From: Bacillota bacterium | Lineage (GTDB): Bacteria > Bacillota > Bacilli > Paenibacillales > JBEGSW01 | Direction of reading: 5' to 3' | Assembly: GCA_041179705.1 (NCBI GenBank) | Contig: JBEGSW010000032.1 | Location: 6,446 to 70,445 of the forward strand | DNA: 64,000 nt | Shown here: positions 17,860 through 27,171 of the stretch, one piece after another | Numbering within the stretch: the stretch's first letter is position 1 | Layout: every line of letters begins with the position of its first letter | Made by a program: the position numbers and the translations under genes | Notes under the pieces: model-generated | What the model was told of the DNA's origin: nothing | What the model saw: only the letters and a program-made list of their open reading frames with translations | Database searches by the model: none

Positions 17860-18663
17860 TTAAATAAACGATTCGAATCCATAAGTAATGCCTTCTAAGT
17901 CAAGGACGCGCTGAATCGCAACATCTACACCCGGCATATAACATGCGCGATCATAGGAATCATGTCGAATTTTTAACGTCTGACCAAATCCGCCCATGAC
18001 AACTTCCTGTTGTGCAAAAATACCAGGTAGGCGAACACTATGTATACGGAAGCCATCGAAGTATCCACCACGCGAACCTTCAATTGTTTCAGTTTCATTT
18101 GGATTACCTTGTTTCAATTCTTCGCGTATTTCGGAAATCATCTCTGCCGTCTTTACAGCTGTTCCAGATGGAGCATCTAATTTTTGATCTCCGTGGAATT
18201 CAATGATTTCCAGGTTAGGGAAATATTTCGAAGCTTGTGCAGCGAATTTCATCATTAAGATAGCCCCAATTGAAAAGTTAGGTGCAATGATGCCCCCAAT
18301 TCCTTTTTCTTTGCAAAGATAATCTAGTTCTTTAATGTTATCTGGCGAGAAACCAGTAGTACCAACAACTGGACGTACGCCGCAAGCAATTGCTGTTCGA
18401 ACATTATTCATAACAGAATGAGGCGTAGTGAAGTCGACAACAACTTGTGCTTTAGCGTCTGTCAATGCTTGTCCTAGATCATCGCGTGTAATTATTCCAC
18501 ATGCCCCAAGACCAACAACTTGTCCGATATCCTCTCCAGATTTAGAGTCAATTGCTGCAACTAACTCTAAATGATCTGCTCCCATTACTAACTTTACAAC
18601 TTCTCTACCCATACGTCCGCAAGCACCACTTACTGCCACGCGAATCGGTTGTTGATTTGACAT
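17860..18663 (-). CDS. dapB: 4-hydroxy-tetrahydrodipicolinate reductase
   Basis: ..IRVAVSGACGRMG.. and the E(F)HH..K.DAPSGTA motif. GGAGG lies upstream of the ATG at 18663. Confidence 0.95.
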   Translation of the reverse strand: MSNQQPIRVAVSGACGRMGREVVKLVMGADHLELVAAIDSKSGEDIGQVVGLGACGIITRDDLGQALTDAKAQVVVDFTTPHSVMNNVRTAIACGVRPVVGTTGFSPDNIKELDYLCKEKGIGGIIAPNFSIGAILMMKFAAQASKYFPNLEIIEFHGDQKLDAPSGTAVKTAEMISEIREELKQGNPNETETIEGSRGGYFDGFRIHSVRLPGIFAQQEVVMGGFGQTLKIRHDSYDRACYMPGVDVAIQRVLDLEGITYGFESFI

Positions 18664-18686
18664 GTAAATATCCTCCAATTAATCAA

Positions 18687-19022
18687 TTAATCTTTAAGAA
18701 TTTTCGTCCAACGGTTTGCATCTCTTGTCTGAAATTTATGCATAACTTTATCGTGTGCTTCCGTTAAATCAATACCTAACGAATTGGCAAAACAAATGGT
18801 GATAAATAATATATCGCCAAGTTCCAATTCAATCGAATTTTCAGCTTCTCCAGGTTTTTTGGGTTTCTCTCCGAATTGATGATTGACCTCTCGCGCAAGC
18901 TCACCGACTTCTTCAGTCATTCGTGCCAACATCGTTAATGGTTGAAAATACCCTTCTTTAAATTGCGAAATATAGGCATCTACTTCAGCTTGCATCGCAC
19001 TTAATGACTTGTTAGTTGCCAA
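18687..19022 (-). CDS. ypjD: MazG-like nucleotide pyrophosphohydrolase (YpjD family)
   Basis: ..MQAEVDAYISQFKEGYF.. and the EExGE motif. Probable TTG start after GGAAGGAG, giving 111 aa as in B. subtilis YpjD. Confidence 0.75.
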   Translation of the reverse strand: MATNKSLSAMQAEVDAYISQFKEGYFQPLTMLARMTEEVGELAREVNHQFGEKPKKPGEAENSIELELGDILFITICFANSLGIDLTEAHDKVMHKFQTRDANRWTKILKD

Positions 19023-19091
19023 TTTGAAAACTCCTTCCAAGCAAGTTCCTACTTTCATCAATGTTATCGTATAAATTAAACGAATACAACA

Positions 19092-19904
19092 TTATGAGCG
19101 TATAGACAATGACTGATACTTGAACTTACGATACCCCACATACGTTAATACAGTTAGGATAACTGCACCAATTGAAATGGACCAATATGTCCATGTATGG
19201 AAATGTTCATTTTGAAAAACAACAATATTTGCTAGCGCATGAAGGTCCTGATTAAAAATAGCACGAATGAGTTTATTCATTTCATTTTCTATACGAATGA
19301 TACCATTGAAATCAATTGGCGTTTGTTCCATGCGAACTTGTAAATAACGCTGAATCGCCCGCCATTGATCTAATGCATTCGGTTTAGCCTGAACTTCAAG
19401 TGCTGGAGTAATCAGTGCTACGACTGTTTTGAATTCATTCCAGTTTTGGTAGATTGTAACTTTATTTTGTTGCTTGGCTGATTGCATAAGTGAATGGAAC
19501 GATTTAGATACTTTTTGCTCATACGAGAGCCACAAAGGTTGTGCTTGATGGGATAGTACATCTATCGCAAGAACGACAGACTTAGCCGCATTTTCCCATT
19601 GGATGAAATTTGGTTTTACATGTAATAAAGTTTGTTGTAATCGAGTTACTGCAGCAAAAAGGCTTTGAATGCCCTCAATTGTTGTTAGCCCCTCATATTT
19701 TAAAGCCAGAAGTTGACCTTTCAATGCCTCGATATTCTTTAGTGCTTGTGCAGGTTGTTTCGCCTGGACCGTAATAAGCAATTGTTTTGCTGTTTGATTT
19801 AATTGTCTCACTTGATCTTTTTGCGAGATTATGGCGTTCGTGACATTGGTTGAGCCAAAAATAATAAAGATTGTAAGTACAGCAATATATACTTTTTTTA
19901 ACAT
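19092..19904 (-). CDS. ypjB: Sporulation protein YpjB-like (signal/anchor N-terminus, C-terminal TM helix)
   Basis: The size, topology and position between ypjA and ypjD match B. subtilis. The sequence was not independently recognised. Confidence 0.55.
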   Translation of the reverse strand: MLKKVYIAVLTIFIIFGSTNVTNAIISQKDQVRQLNQTAKQLLITVQAKQPAQALKNIEALKGQLLALKYEGLTTIEGIQSLFAAVTRLQQTLLHVKPNFIQWENAAKSVVLAIDVLSHQAQPLWLSYEQKVSKSFHSLMQSAKQQNKVTIYQNWNEFKTVVALITPALEVQAKPNALDQWRAIQRYLQVRMEQTPIDFNGIIRIENEMNKLIRAIFNQDLHALANIVVFQNEHFHTWTYWSISIGAVILTVLTYVGYRKFKYQSLSIRS

Positions 19905-19952
19905 ATTAAATCCCCCGCAGTTTGAATTAATTCAACATATGGGGAAATGAAT

Positions 19953-20537
19953 TTACTTAGACCTTATTAAATAAATTGAAAGAGCAATTGCCAAAAGACT
20001 TAAGCTGATTGTGAAGTTTCTAATGAATAGTAAATCGTCCATAAGTACTGCTGATAACCAGGGATATACACCGAAGAAATAGTCAACAAAATCACTGAAT
20101 AGTGTAATAACTGCTGCACTAACGATTGAGAAATGGTTGAAATTAAACAATTGTATATATACCAAAACTTGAATTGCCATTATTAAATGTGAACCCATTA
20201 ACATGAAATCAATTGGGCCAAGTTCAACACCTTGAAATGCACCCATCAAAATGATTGACACAGCCCATAATCCATATTTTATTGAACTGATGACTGCAAT
20301 AGATTCGATTAATGATTTCCAACGCCATCCTACTCGGTTCAAGATCGGAAATAATACAAAACCTAATGCAACTACGAAAAATAATGTAGCAGTTGGACTA
20401 TCAGGTACAAATAAACTCAACCATTTAGGGTGTTGCTTCCATACATCAGCTAATTGATTCTTATACCAATAATAACCATATGCAGTCCCTAATAGATTGA
20501 AAATGAACACTAGCCAAATTGTATTTTTCAAATACAA
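19953..20537 (-). CDS. ypjA: Integral membrane protein, DUF1405 (YpjA family)
   Basis: Polytopic membrane protein with the ..NLLGTAYGYYWY..QL.. motif. Synteny next to qcrC. TTG start with a GGAG RBS. Confidence 0.75.
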   Translation of the reverse strand: MYLKNTIWLVFIFNLLGTAYGYYWYKNQLADVWKQHPKWLSLFVPDSPTATLFFVVALGFVLFPILNRVGWRWKSLIESIAVISSIKYGLWAVSIILMGAFQGVELGPIDFMLMGSHLIMAIQVLVYIQLFNFNHFSIVSAAVITLFSDFVDYFFGVYPWLSAVLMDDLLFIRNFTISLSLLAIALSIYLIRSK

Positions 20538-20592
20538 TTGATGGACTCCAAACTGATAAAGGTTTCGAATTCGTTACACCGCCTTCCGAAAT

Positions 20593-20631
20593 AAAAAAAG
20601 CAGAATCGAACGAATACTCATTCGAAACTGC
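20593..20631 (-). terminator. Terminator downstream of qcrC
   Basis: Imperfect hairpin GCAGUUUCGAA..UUCGAUUCUGC followed by UUUUUUU on the minus strand. Confidence 0.6.
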
Positions 20632-20645
20632 TCTTTCATTACGTA

Positions 20646-21515
20646 TTAGGATTTTTTTTGAGCAGCTAACCATTCAGCAAGCTTGTTCAAATCTTCATCT
20701 GTTAGGCCTTTGGAAATGTTTGCATCATACTGAGCACCCATGCCACCAACACCATTTTTGATGATTCCCATAATTTCATCTTTGGAGTACTTATCGCCTA
20801 CACCACGTAGACCTGGTACTGCACCTGTCATACCTTTCAAATCAGCACCATGACAAGTCACACAAGTTGCCTTTGCATAAATTTCAGCACCTTCACTGTC
20901 TTTATCGACAATGGCAACTTCTGTCTCTTTCTTTACAGTTGCAACTTCTTCACCAGCATGTAATTTCTCTTCACGCTCAATGTGTTCTGGTGTAATGCCC
21001 TTCGTCTCTAGCTCATGTGTATAGTGAGACCAAGACACATTCGTAAGGTAGATTGTAGCGACCAATGATACTAACATTAATGCAGTTGCAATAGGACGCT
21101 TATTAAATCTTCTCTCTTTACTAATATCTAAGAAAGGCGCAAGTAACAAAGCTCCGAATGCTAATCCAGAAATACCCACTGTACCTAATACTACATAATC
21201 ACCGGCAAAATATGGATACTTTAATACTTGATATAAAAATAAGAAGTACCAGTCTGGCATTGGAATAAAACCAGTATTATTTGGATCTGCAGGATAACCA
21301 AGTGGTGCAGCTTCTGCTAATACCAAACACATAAAGCCAACCATGACTACAGAACCAACCAACCATTCCTTTAGAAGGAAGTTCGGAATGAACTGCTCGG
21401 ATTTACCTGGATAAGCAGAGTAATCTTGCGGAATGTTGACGCTAGTTTTTTTACGAACGCGTGAGTCGCCAACGTAGACAACTTTTTCGTTCGGATCATT
21501 AAGATTGTGTGCCAA
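20646..21515 (-). CDS. qcrC: Menaquinol-cytochrome c reductase, cytochrome b subunit IV / cytochrome c fusion
   Basis: Three TM helices followed by a c-type haem motif CVTCH. TTG start after AAAGGGGGA. Confidence 0.9.
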   Translation of the reverse strand: MAHNLNDPNEKVVYVGDSRVRKKTSVNIPQDYSAYPGKSEQFIPNFLLKEWLVGSVVMVGFMCLVLAEAAPLGYPADPNNTGFIPMPDWYFLFLYQVLKYPYFAGDYVVLGTVGISGLAFGALLLAPFLDISKERRFNKRPIATALMLVSLVATIYLTNVSWSHYTHELETKGITPEHIEREEKLHAGEEVATVKKETEVAIVDKDSEGAEIYAKATCVTCHGADLKGMTGAVPGLRGVGDKYSKDEIMGIIKNGVGGMGAQYDANISKGLTDEDLNKLAEWLAAQKKS

Positions 21516-21546
21516 GCGAATATCCCCCTTTCATAAAGGAATGATC

Positions 21547-22218
21547 TTATAGTGGACCAGAAATACCTTGTTTACGAATCATAATAAAGTGGGCTGCTAA
21601 TAAACCGAGCAACGCACCTGGTAAGAAGAATACATGCAATGCGAAGAATCGAGTAATCGTCTGCGCACCTACAATGTCTCCACCTTGTAAGAATAACTTC
21701 ACATACTCACCAATGTACGGAACAGAAGCAGCAATCTGGATACCTACCTTCGTTGCGAAGTAAGCTTTGTTATCCCAAGGTAACAAATACCCTGTGAAAC
21801 CAAGACCTAACATGACGAAGAAAATTAACATCCCAACTACCCAGTTCATTTCACGCGGTGCCTTATAAGAACCTGTGAAGAATACGCGTAAAGTATGCAA
21901 GAACATCATAACAATTACTAAACTTGCGCCCCAGTGATGCATACCTCGAACGATAACACCAAATGCAACTTTGTGCTGTAAGTAATCAACACTCGCATAG
22001 GCATTAATGATATCTGGAACATAGTACATTGTTAAAAACATACCTGATAAAATTTGAATAACTGTAATGAAGAATGTAAGTCCGCCGAAACAATATACGA
22101 ATGCTGAGAAATGATGCGCTGGGTTAACGTGTTCCGGAACCTCGTGATCAGCGATATCTCTCCACATTGGAGTGATGTCTAGGCGTTCATCAATCCACTT
22201 ATAGATATTTTTGAACAT
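21547..22218 (-). CDS. qcrB: Menaquinol-cytochrome c reductase, cytochrome b6-like subunit
   Basis: Cytochrome b6 N-terminal-domain translation with conserved His ligands (..RGMHHWGAS.. and ..FALHVFFLP..). Confidence 0.95.
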   Translation of the reverse strand: MFKNIYKWIDERLDITPMWRDIADHEVPEHVNPAHHFSAFVYCFGGLTFFITVIQILSGMFLTMYYVPDIINAYASVDYLQHKVAFGVIVRGMHHWGASLVIVMMFLHTLRVFFTGSYKAPREMNWVVGMLIFFVMLGLGFTGYLLPWDNKAYFATKVGIQIAASVPYIGEYVKLFLQGGDIVGAQTITRFFALHVFFLPGALLGLLAAHFIMIRKQGISGPL

Positions 22219-22241
22219 CTGATTGTCGTGCCTCCTTTAAA

Positions 22242-22778
22242 TTAAACCCTGGAGTTCGCCTTGAGTGGCCCCAAGTATACCCAGCCATTTTCTACTTTCA
22301 CTTCGAATTCATCAAGTGGATTCGGAGCTACAGCCAAACTTTTTCCATCTTTCGTGTAATGAGCGCCGTGACATGGACAGAAATATTGTTCTGGCAAGTC
22401 TGGACTACCATTCCAGTTAACGGTACAGCCTAAATGTTTACATACTGGTGACAACGCAAATACTGTTCCATCATCAGCCTTGGAAATCCAAGCGCTAAAT
22501 TCTGGTTCACTTTCGTACCAACCATCTACAACTTTTTTCTTGAATGCAAAAGTAGCTGGTTCTTTTGTAACTTTGCTGGTTTCAACAACTTTAACAAAGT
22601 CACCTGCATCTTCTTTCTTCAAAAGCGGATCTACCGCAAAACGCAAATTAAAAAGCAATGGAACACCCACCATGAATGCTCCAGTACCGCCTAGTGTATA
22701 AGACAAAAATTGACGGCGGGTCATTCCCTTACGGTCCTTTTTCTTATCTGAATGCGGGTTGTGCTGTTCTTGACTCAT
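22242..22778 (-). CDS. qcrA: Menaquinol-cytochrome c reductase, Rieske iron-sulfur subunit
   Basis: Tat-like RRQFL signal and Rieske boxes CKHLGC .. CPCHG. AAGGGGG RBS before the ATG at 22778. Confidence 0.9.
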   Translation of the reverse strand: MSQEQHNPHSDKKKDRKGMTRRQFLSYTLGGTGAFMVGVPLLFNLRFAVDPLLKKEDAGDFVKVVETSKVTKEPATFAFKKKVVDGWYESEPEFSAWISKADDGTVFALSPVCKHLGCTVNWNGSPDLPEQYFCPCHGAHYTKDGKSLAVAPNPLDEFEVKVENGWVYLGPLKANSRV

Positions 22779-22828
22779 GTAATGTTTACCCCCTTTACCG
22801 TTCAATCGTTACAAATTTGACATCTATA

Positions 22829-22857
22829 ATAATATCGCACTGAATATAGAGCGTCAA
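22829..22857 (-). promoter_or_regulatory. Candidate sigmaA promoter of qcrABC
   Basis: Minus strand TTGACG-17 nt-TATTAT, about 50 nt upstream of the qcrA start. Confidence 0.45.
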
Positions 22858-22956
22858 GAAACATAACCTTATTTTGAGACATATGAGATATAAACAAATA
22901 TAAATGTAATAAATTTGTCAAAATCTGAAGATAATCAAATCGGTTTTGCGCTTGAT

Positions 22957-23358
22957 TTATTTCCATAGTTGAAGTAAAGAGTCTTTTACTGCATGCTCTA
23001 AACCGGATAATTCAATATTTGAAATATATAAATCAGCACCACATTCCATTATATTTTCATCATCTAAATGTAATGCAAGTATAACAATATATTTAAATCC
23101 TGATGACTTCAAATTTCGAATAACTGAAGCTAAAGCATCCTTCAAAGTTTCTGAAATATAATGGTATGCGGGATAAATGACAACTCGTCCTCTAAAATTC
23201 TTTTCGATTGCATCAATTCGGGTTTGTAAATCAGTTAGTTTAGTGACACAATCTACTGGATTTTCTGTTCCCGTTAATCCTGTAATCGGCAATATGCATG
23301 TATCAAAATAAATTCCATGCTCTTCCCACTGTTGTTCATTCAACTCACTAAATTTCAT
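22957..23358 (-). CDS. ypiF: YpiF-like protein (DUF2487)
   Basis: The pattern ..YFDTCILPI.. / ..NFRGRVVIYPAYHY.. resembles B. subtilis YpiF, and the gene sits upstream of qcrA as in B. subtilis. Confidence 0.65.
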   Translation of the reverse strand: MKFSELNEQQWEEHGIYFDTCILPITGLTGTENPVDCVTKLTDLQTRIDAIEKNFRGRVVIYPAYHYISETLKDALASVIRNLKSSGFKYIVILALHLDDENIMECGADLYISNIELSGLEHAVKDSLLQLWK

Positions 23359-23383
23359 TCACTCGTCACCTCCATTTTTCAAT

Positions 23384-23413
23384 ACAAAAAAGACTCTCTA
23401 TAGTGAGAGTCTT
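23384..23413 (-). terminator. Terminator after the sigma/anti-sigma operon
   Basis: Stem AAGACUCUC/GAGAGUCUU followed by UUUUUU on the minus strand. Confidence 0.75.
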
Positions 23414-23425
23414 CAGATTAAATAA

Positions 23426-24028
23426 TTAGTTCTTAACTCGATTTAACCAGTTTAATGTGAGTAACGCAACTGTCATTCCGAACAACGAGATAGCAACGTA
23501 ATAATTCGGGTCATCATTAATTGATTTAATTTGAATTAACGGTGGTTCACTAATACTCGCCAGTAACATATTACTGTCATCCGTTTCTACCGCAGCAGGA
23601 TCAACAGCAACCGCAACCGCTGTAGCAGGTGTTTGTGCACTGACATATTCTTGTGCGTCACTTGTTGGATTATGCATTAATGATGCAACGAAACTAATTA
23701 CGAACAAAGCCATAAAGAATGCAACTGCTAAACTCATATTTCTACGAGCTGATAATGATAAACCGAAACTACGCGTATGGATTGGAGCGCGCCATTTCTC
23801 ATCCGTGTAAATGCGTTCCATCACAGATGAAGACAACCGCTTGGAATCTACTTGAATTTCTTCAACTGGAATGTCATGGATAAGATCGTTGCTCTCTTGC
23901 CAGAAAGCAAAATCACTCTGACATGCCGTACAGAATAACTTATGTTGATCCATCTCGATTTTTAACGGATCGTTGTTCGACAAATCCCAATACATGGGCA
24001 ATTGCTCTTGAAATTGTTGACAACTCAT
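23426..24028 (-). CDS. Putative zinc-finger (zf-HC2-like) anti-sigma factor, membrane protein
   Basis: N-terminal C..x..H..C..C pattern (MSCQQF...HKLFCTAC), two predicted TM helices, and an ATGA overlap with the upstream ECF sigma gene. Confidence 0.7.
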   Translation of the reverse strand: MSCQQFQEQLPMYWDLSNNDPLKIEMDQHKLFCTACQSDFAFWQESNDLIHDIPVEEIQVDSKRLSSSVMERIYTDEKWRAPIHTRSFGLSLSARRNMSLAVAFFMALFVISFVASLMHNPTSDAQEYVSAQTPATAVAVAVDPAAVETDDSNMLLASISEPPLIQIKSINDDPNYYVAISLFGMTVALLTLNWLNRVKN

Positions 24029-24618
24029 GCCTCATTCATCCTCTCAAAATCTTGCATAGCTGAACTCCCAATGTAGGGTTCAAGCTGTAATTTCACACTC
24101 GTTCTAGCTCTAAACAACAACGATTTAACCGAACTAACAGTTTGACCTAAAATGTCAGCAATTTCTTGATAATCTAATTGTTCATATTCACGTAAGATTA
24201 ACGCTGAACGCTGATTCTCCGGAAGACGGTTAATCGCTTCACGAACCAAATCAACTTTCTCCTTGCGAAGCGCCGCATGTTCTGGAAGACTATCAATTCT
24301 GGCAACCGGTGTCACCAATCCTTCATCCAATGAAACTTGGACTGCTCTTTGCTTCCTTAATTCACTTAATACAGTATTTCTAGCAATCGTATACAACCAA
24401 GTCGAGAATGAAGCTTCTACTTCTCTAAAGGTATGTAGATTTTTATATGCTTTAAAAAATGTATCTTGGCACAAATCCTCAGCTGCCGACTGCATACTAG
24501 CACTCTTGAGCATATGAAAAATGAAGGCTAATATTTTACGCTCGTAACGATCAACTAATTCTGCATAAAGCTCTACGTTGCCATCTATGATTTCCCTGAT
24601 TAGCTGTGTATCCGTCAT
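24025..24618 (-). CDS. ECF-type RNA polymerase sigma-70 family factor
   Basis: Region 2 (..DLCQDTFFKAYKNL..F..WLYTIARN) and region 4 (..R.ALILREYEQLDYQEIADILG.TVS.VK..L.RAR). GAGGGAGGTG RBS before the ATG at 24618. Confidence 0.85.
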   Translation of the reverse strand: MTDTQLIREIIDGNVELYAELVDRYERKILAFIFHMLKSASMQSAAEDLCQDTFFKAYKNLHTFREVEASFSTWLYTIARNTVLSELRKQRAVQVSLDEGLVTPVARIDSLPEHAALRKEKVDLVREAINRLPENQRSALILREYEQLDYQEIADILGQTVSSVKSLLFRARTSVKLQLEPYIGSSAMQDFERMNEA

Positions 24619-24675
24619 TACAAGCGCACCTCCCTCTTGTAACAACTTCTGAACATCGGCTTTATCATAATAATT

Positions 24676-24702
24676 GTACGGCTGCCAATGCCAAAAGTTG
24701 CG
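24676..24702 (-). promoter_or_regulatory. Candidate ECF-type (autoregulatory) promoter
   Basis: Minus strand GCAAC-16 nt-CGTAC, resembling the generic ECF pattern GAAC-N16/17-CGT. It lies about 60 nt upstream of the sigma start. Confidence 0.3.
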
Positions 24703-24814
24703 CTTCAATTCAAACTTTTTCTATATTTTTCTAAATAATAATTCGATATATATGTGATTAATCCTGTAATTAGCATAAACTGTTCTATTCAAAATGCCAA
24801 TAAAGTCTTTATGG

Positions 24815-24845
24815 AAAAAAAAGAACCATCGTCAACGACGATGGT
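24815..24845 (-). terminator. Terminator of the aro-trp-hisC-tyrA transcription unit (or of a small RNA)
   Basis: Perfect 9-bp stem ACCAUCGUC/GACGAUGGU, a 3-nt loop, then UCUUUUUUUU on the minus strand. Confidence 0.8.
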
Positions 24846-24931
24846 AGCACAAAGTGCAAAATATTTCGGATAGGAGTGGAGAGAAACCATACTGTATTCA
24901 CAGTATAATGTATGCGTTTTCATTCTGTCAA
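24815..24931 (-). ncRNA. Candidate small RNA or structured tyrA 3' UTR with a CU-rich anti-SD segment
   Basis: TTGACA-18 nt-TATACT on the minus strand (24931-24902). Hairpin AUACUGU-GAAU-ACAGUAU, single-stranded UCUCUCCACUCCUAUCC, then a terminator. No coding potential. Confidence 0.25.
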
Positions 24932-24956
24932 CGCTTTTTTTGAAAACGCTTTATTT

Positions 24957-26048
24957 TTAATTTGTAAATGGATATCCCATTAATTTAAGTTCTTCGATTG
25001 CTGCTTCCATATTTTTTTCATCACGGAAAGACAATCTTAAAACGCCTGGCACATCGATTCTATTTTCCATTATTTCGATATTACTAAGATTTATCGCCTG
25101 CTCTCCAAGACGTGTCGCAATTTGACCAATGACACCTGGATGATCTGGTACATCGACGTAAATATCAAACATGGATGTCATAACTCCTTTCCGACGTTCT
25201 GGTAAAGTTCGTCGGAAGCGATTGGCATCTACAAATTGCTGTTCAATTTTATCAGCATCTGCATGATTTAAATACGAAATGAACTTGTCCATTTCTGATT
25301 GCCAATCAATTAGCAATTTAAGAAGGACATCGCGATTATTCATTAAGATATCTCGCCAAATGACCGGATCACTTGAAGCGATTCGTGTAATATCACGGAA
25401 ACCACCTGCTGCTAACATACTATATTCTGGAGCGTGGTCATTATAACTTCTAATTTGATTTACCAGACCAACTGCAATAATATGTGGCAAATGACTAATC
25501 GCACCAACAACCGTATCATGTTCAGCAGCATCCATGCGGACAATGTGTGCCTTCGTATGATTTAGCAAATTTGCAAGTTTATCATAGGATTCCTGCGTCG
25601 TGTCACTTTGAGGGGTTAGGACATATATCGCATTTTCGAATAAATGTTCGGTAGCAGCTTCAACGCCAGACTGCTCTTTGCCAGCCATTGGATGGCCGCC
25701 AATGAATTGAACGCCACTCCACTCTAACTTGGAAGCAGCTGCAACAACCGATTTTTTTGTGCTCCCTACATCCGTAATGATGCAATTTGGTTTAAGTGGC
25801 AATTTACTAAGCCGAATTAAATAATCTTCAAGCATACCAACTGGAACACATACAAATATAAAGTCAGCTTGAATCGCAGCAGCTTCAAAATCCGTTGTCG
25901 CTTCATCGACGACGTGCTTATTCAAATACTTATCTACTGATGATTGTCTAGTAGAGTGCCCAATAATATGATAATCTTCTTTCCCTTTAAAACTTAAGGC
26001 GAGTGATCCACCAATTAAGCCAACCCCATAAATCGTAATCGTCGTCAT
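24957..26048 (-). CDS. tyrA: Prephenate dehydrogenase with C-terminal ACT domain
   Basis: GVGLIGGSLA Rossmann motif, a PDH domain with ..GGHPMAG.., and a C-terminal ACT-like segment. Confidence 0.9.
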   Translation of the reverse strand: MTTITIYGVGLIGGSLALSFKGKEDYHIIGHSTRQSSVDKYLNKHVVDEATTDFEAAAIQADFIFVCVPVGMLEDYLIRLSKLPLKPNCIITDVGSTKKSVVAAASKLEWSGVQFIGGHPMAGKEQSGVEAATEHLFENAIYVLTPQSDTTQESYDKLANLLNHTKAHIVRMDAAEHDTVVGAISHLPHIIAVGLVNQIRSYNDHAPEYSMLAAGGFRDITRIASSDPVIWRDILMNNRDVLLKLLIDWQSEMDKFISYLNHADADKIEQQFVDANRFRRTLPERRKGVMTSMFDIYVDVPDHPGVIGQIATRLGEQAINLSNIEIMENRIDVPGVLRLSFRDEKNMEAAIEELKLMGYPFTN

Positions 26049-26050
26049 CC

Positions 26051-27151
26051 TTACACTCCTACCTTAACCTCATCAAGTACGATCTGCAGTGCATGAATGA
26101 ATTTTTCATTCTGTTCTTGACTGCCGATTGTAACACGAATGGACGTTGGGAAATCTAGGCTATGTCCACCGCGGACAATAACCCCCTTCTTCAACAACCC
26201 TTCAAAAACTAACTTTGCAGGACGGTTAACATGAATCATAAGGAAGTTACCCGATGAGGGATATGAACGTAATCCCAATTTAGTGATCTCAGTTTCTAAA
26301 TAAGCCATACCAATTAAATTAGCATCTCGACATTGTTCAATAAATGCTTGGTCTTCGATAGCAGCAAGTGCAGCTGATTGGGCATATCGTGTCGTATTAA
26401 ATGGCTCGCGCACTTGGTTAATCGTACGAATCACATCTGGATGGCCCACACCATATCCAATCCGAAGCGCAGCAAGTCCATAAATCTTGGAGAACGTACG
26501 CAAAACGATTAAATTAGGGAATTGCGCTAGTAATTCGAAACTCCTCGGATAGTCGCCATCTTTATTATATTCTGCATATGCTTCGTCAAGAACAACAAGC
26601 ACGTCCTTGGAACATTTATTCAAGAAATCTAAGACTTCTTGATGCGTTACCATCGTTCCTGTTGGATTGTTAGGATTACAAATCCAAACAATCTTTGTCT
26701 TCGGCGATACTTTTGCAAGCATTGTTGGCAAATCATGTTTACCATCAACAAGTGGAACTTCGATACAAGTTGCACCTTCGATTTCCGCATTGTGTTTGTA
26801 TTGTGGGAATGTATGGGATGCCATAATTGTTTCGTCGTCTGGTGTCAAATAGGCGCGAGCCATCATTAAGATAACTTCATCCGAGCCCGCACCAAATATA
26901 ATTTGATTCGTTTCGACACCAAGATGCTTGGCTAATCCTTCTGTTAATTTAACAGCGCCACCATCTGGATATAGACTTGTATGTTCAATTTCAGCCAAGA
27001 TTGCTGCTTTTGCCTTCTCAGAAAAACCAAATGGATTTTCATTTGAGGCTAATTTAACAACTTCTGTCAAACCGAATTCTTTCTTCACTTCTTCGATTGG
27101 TTTACCTGGTTGATAGACTGGTAAATGAACAATGTTTGATTTTGGTTTCAT
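26051..27151 (-). CDS. hisC: Histidinol-phosphate (aromatic) aminotransferase
   Basis: Class II aminotransferase with ..LASNENP.. and ..TFSKIYGLA.. (PLP lysine). Synteny between trpA and tyrA. Confidence 0.9.
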   Translation of the reverse strand: MKPKSNIVHLPVYQPGKPIEEVKKEFGLTEVVKLASNENPFGFSEKAKAAILAEIEHTSLYPDGGAVKLTEGLAKHLGVETNQIIFGAGSDEVILMMARAYLTPDDETIMASHTFPQYKHNAEIEGATCIEVPLVDGKHDLPTMLAKVSPKTKIVWICNPNNPTGTMVTHQEVLDFLNKCSKDVLVVLDEAYAEYNKDGDYPRSFELLAQFPNLIVLRTFSKIYGLAALRIGYGVGHPDVIRTINQVREPFNTTRYAQSAALAAIEDQAFIEQCRDANLIGMAYLETEITKLGLRSYPSSGNFLMIHVNRPAKLVFEGLLKKGVIVRGGHSLDFPTSIRVTIGSQEQNEKFIHALQIVLDEVKVGV

Positions 27152-27171
27152 AATCGCTGCTCCCCTCGATC

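Noticed and set aside
22813-22832. TTGACA and TATAAT hexamers occur on the plus strand upstream of nothing (..AAATTTGACATCTATAATAAT..).
   Set aside because: The hexamers are only 2 nt apart, so they cannot form a sigmaA promoter, and no plus-strand gene follows. The minus-strand promoter TTGACG-17-TATTAT overlaps this position and explains the AT-rich sequence.
24868-24960. A plus-strand Shine-Dalgarno-like GGAGTGGAGAG is followed by an open 23-codon hydrophobic frame (I L Y S Q Y N V C V F I L S T L F L K T L Y F) ending at TAA 24958-24960. I considered it as a type I toxin-like peptide antisense to the candidate sRNA.
   Set aside because: There is no ATG, GTG or TTG start in that frame after the in-frame TAG at 24871-24873. 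Only ATA and CTG are available. The only ATG (24908) is in another frame, has no RBS and gives 11 aa. The GGAG-rich plus strand is more simply the complement of a CU-rich minus-strand RNA.
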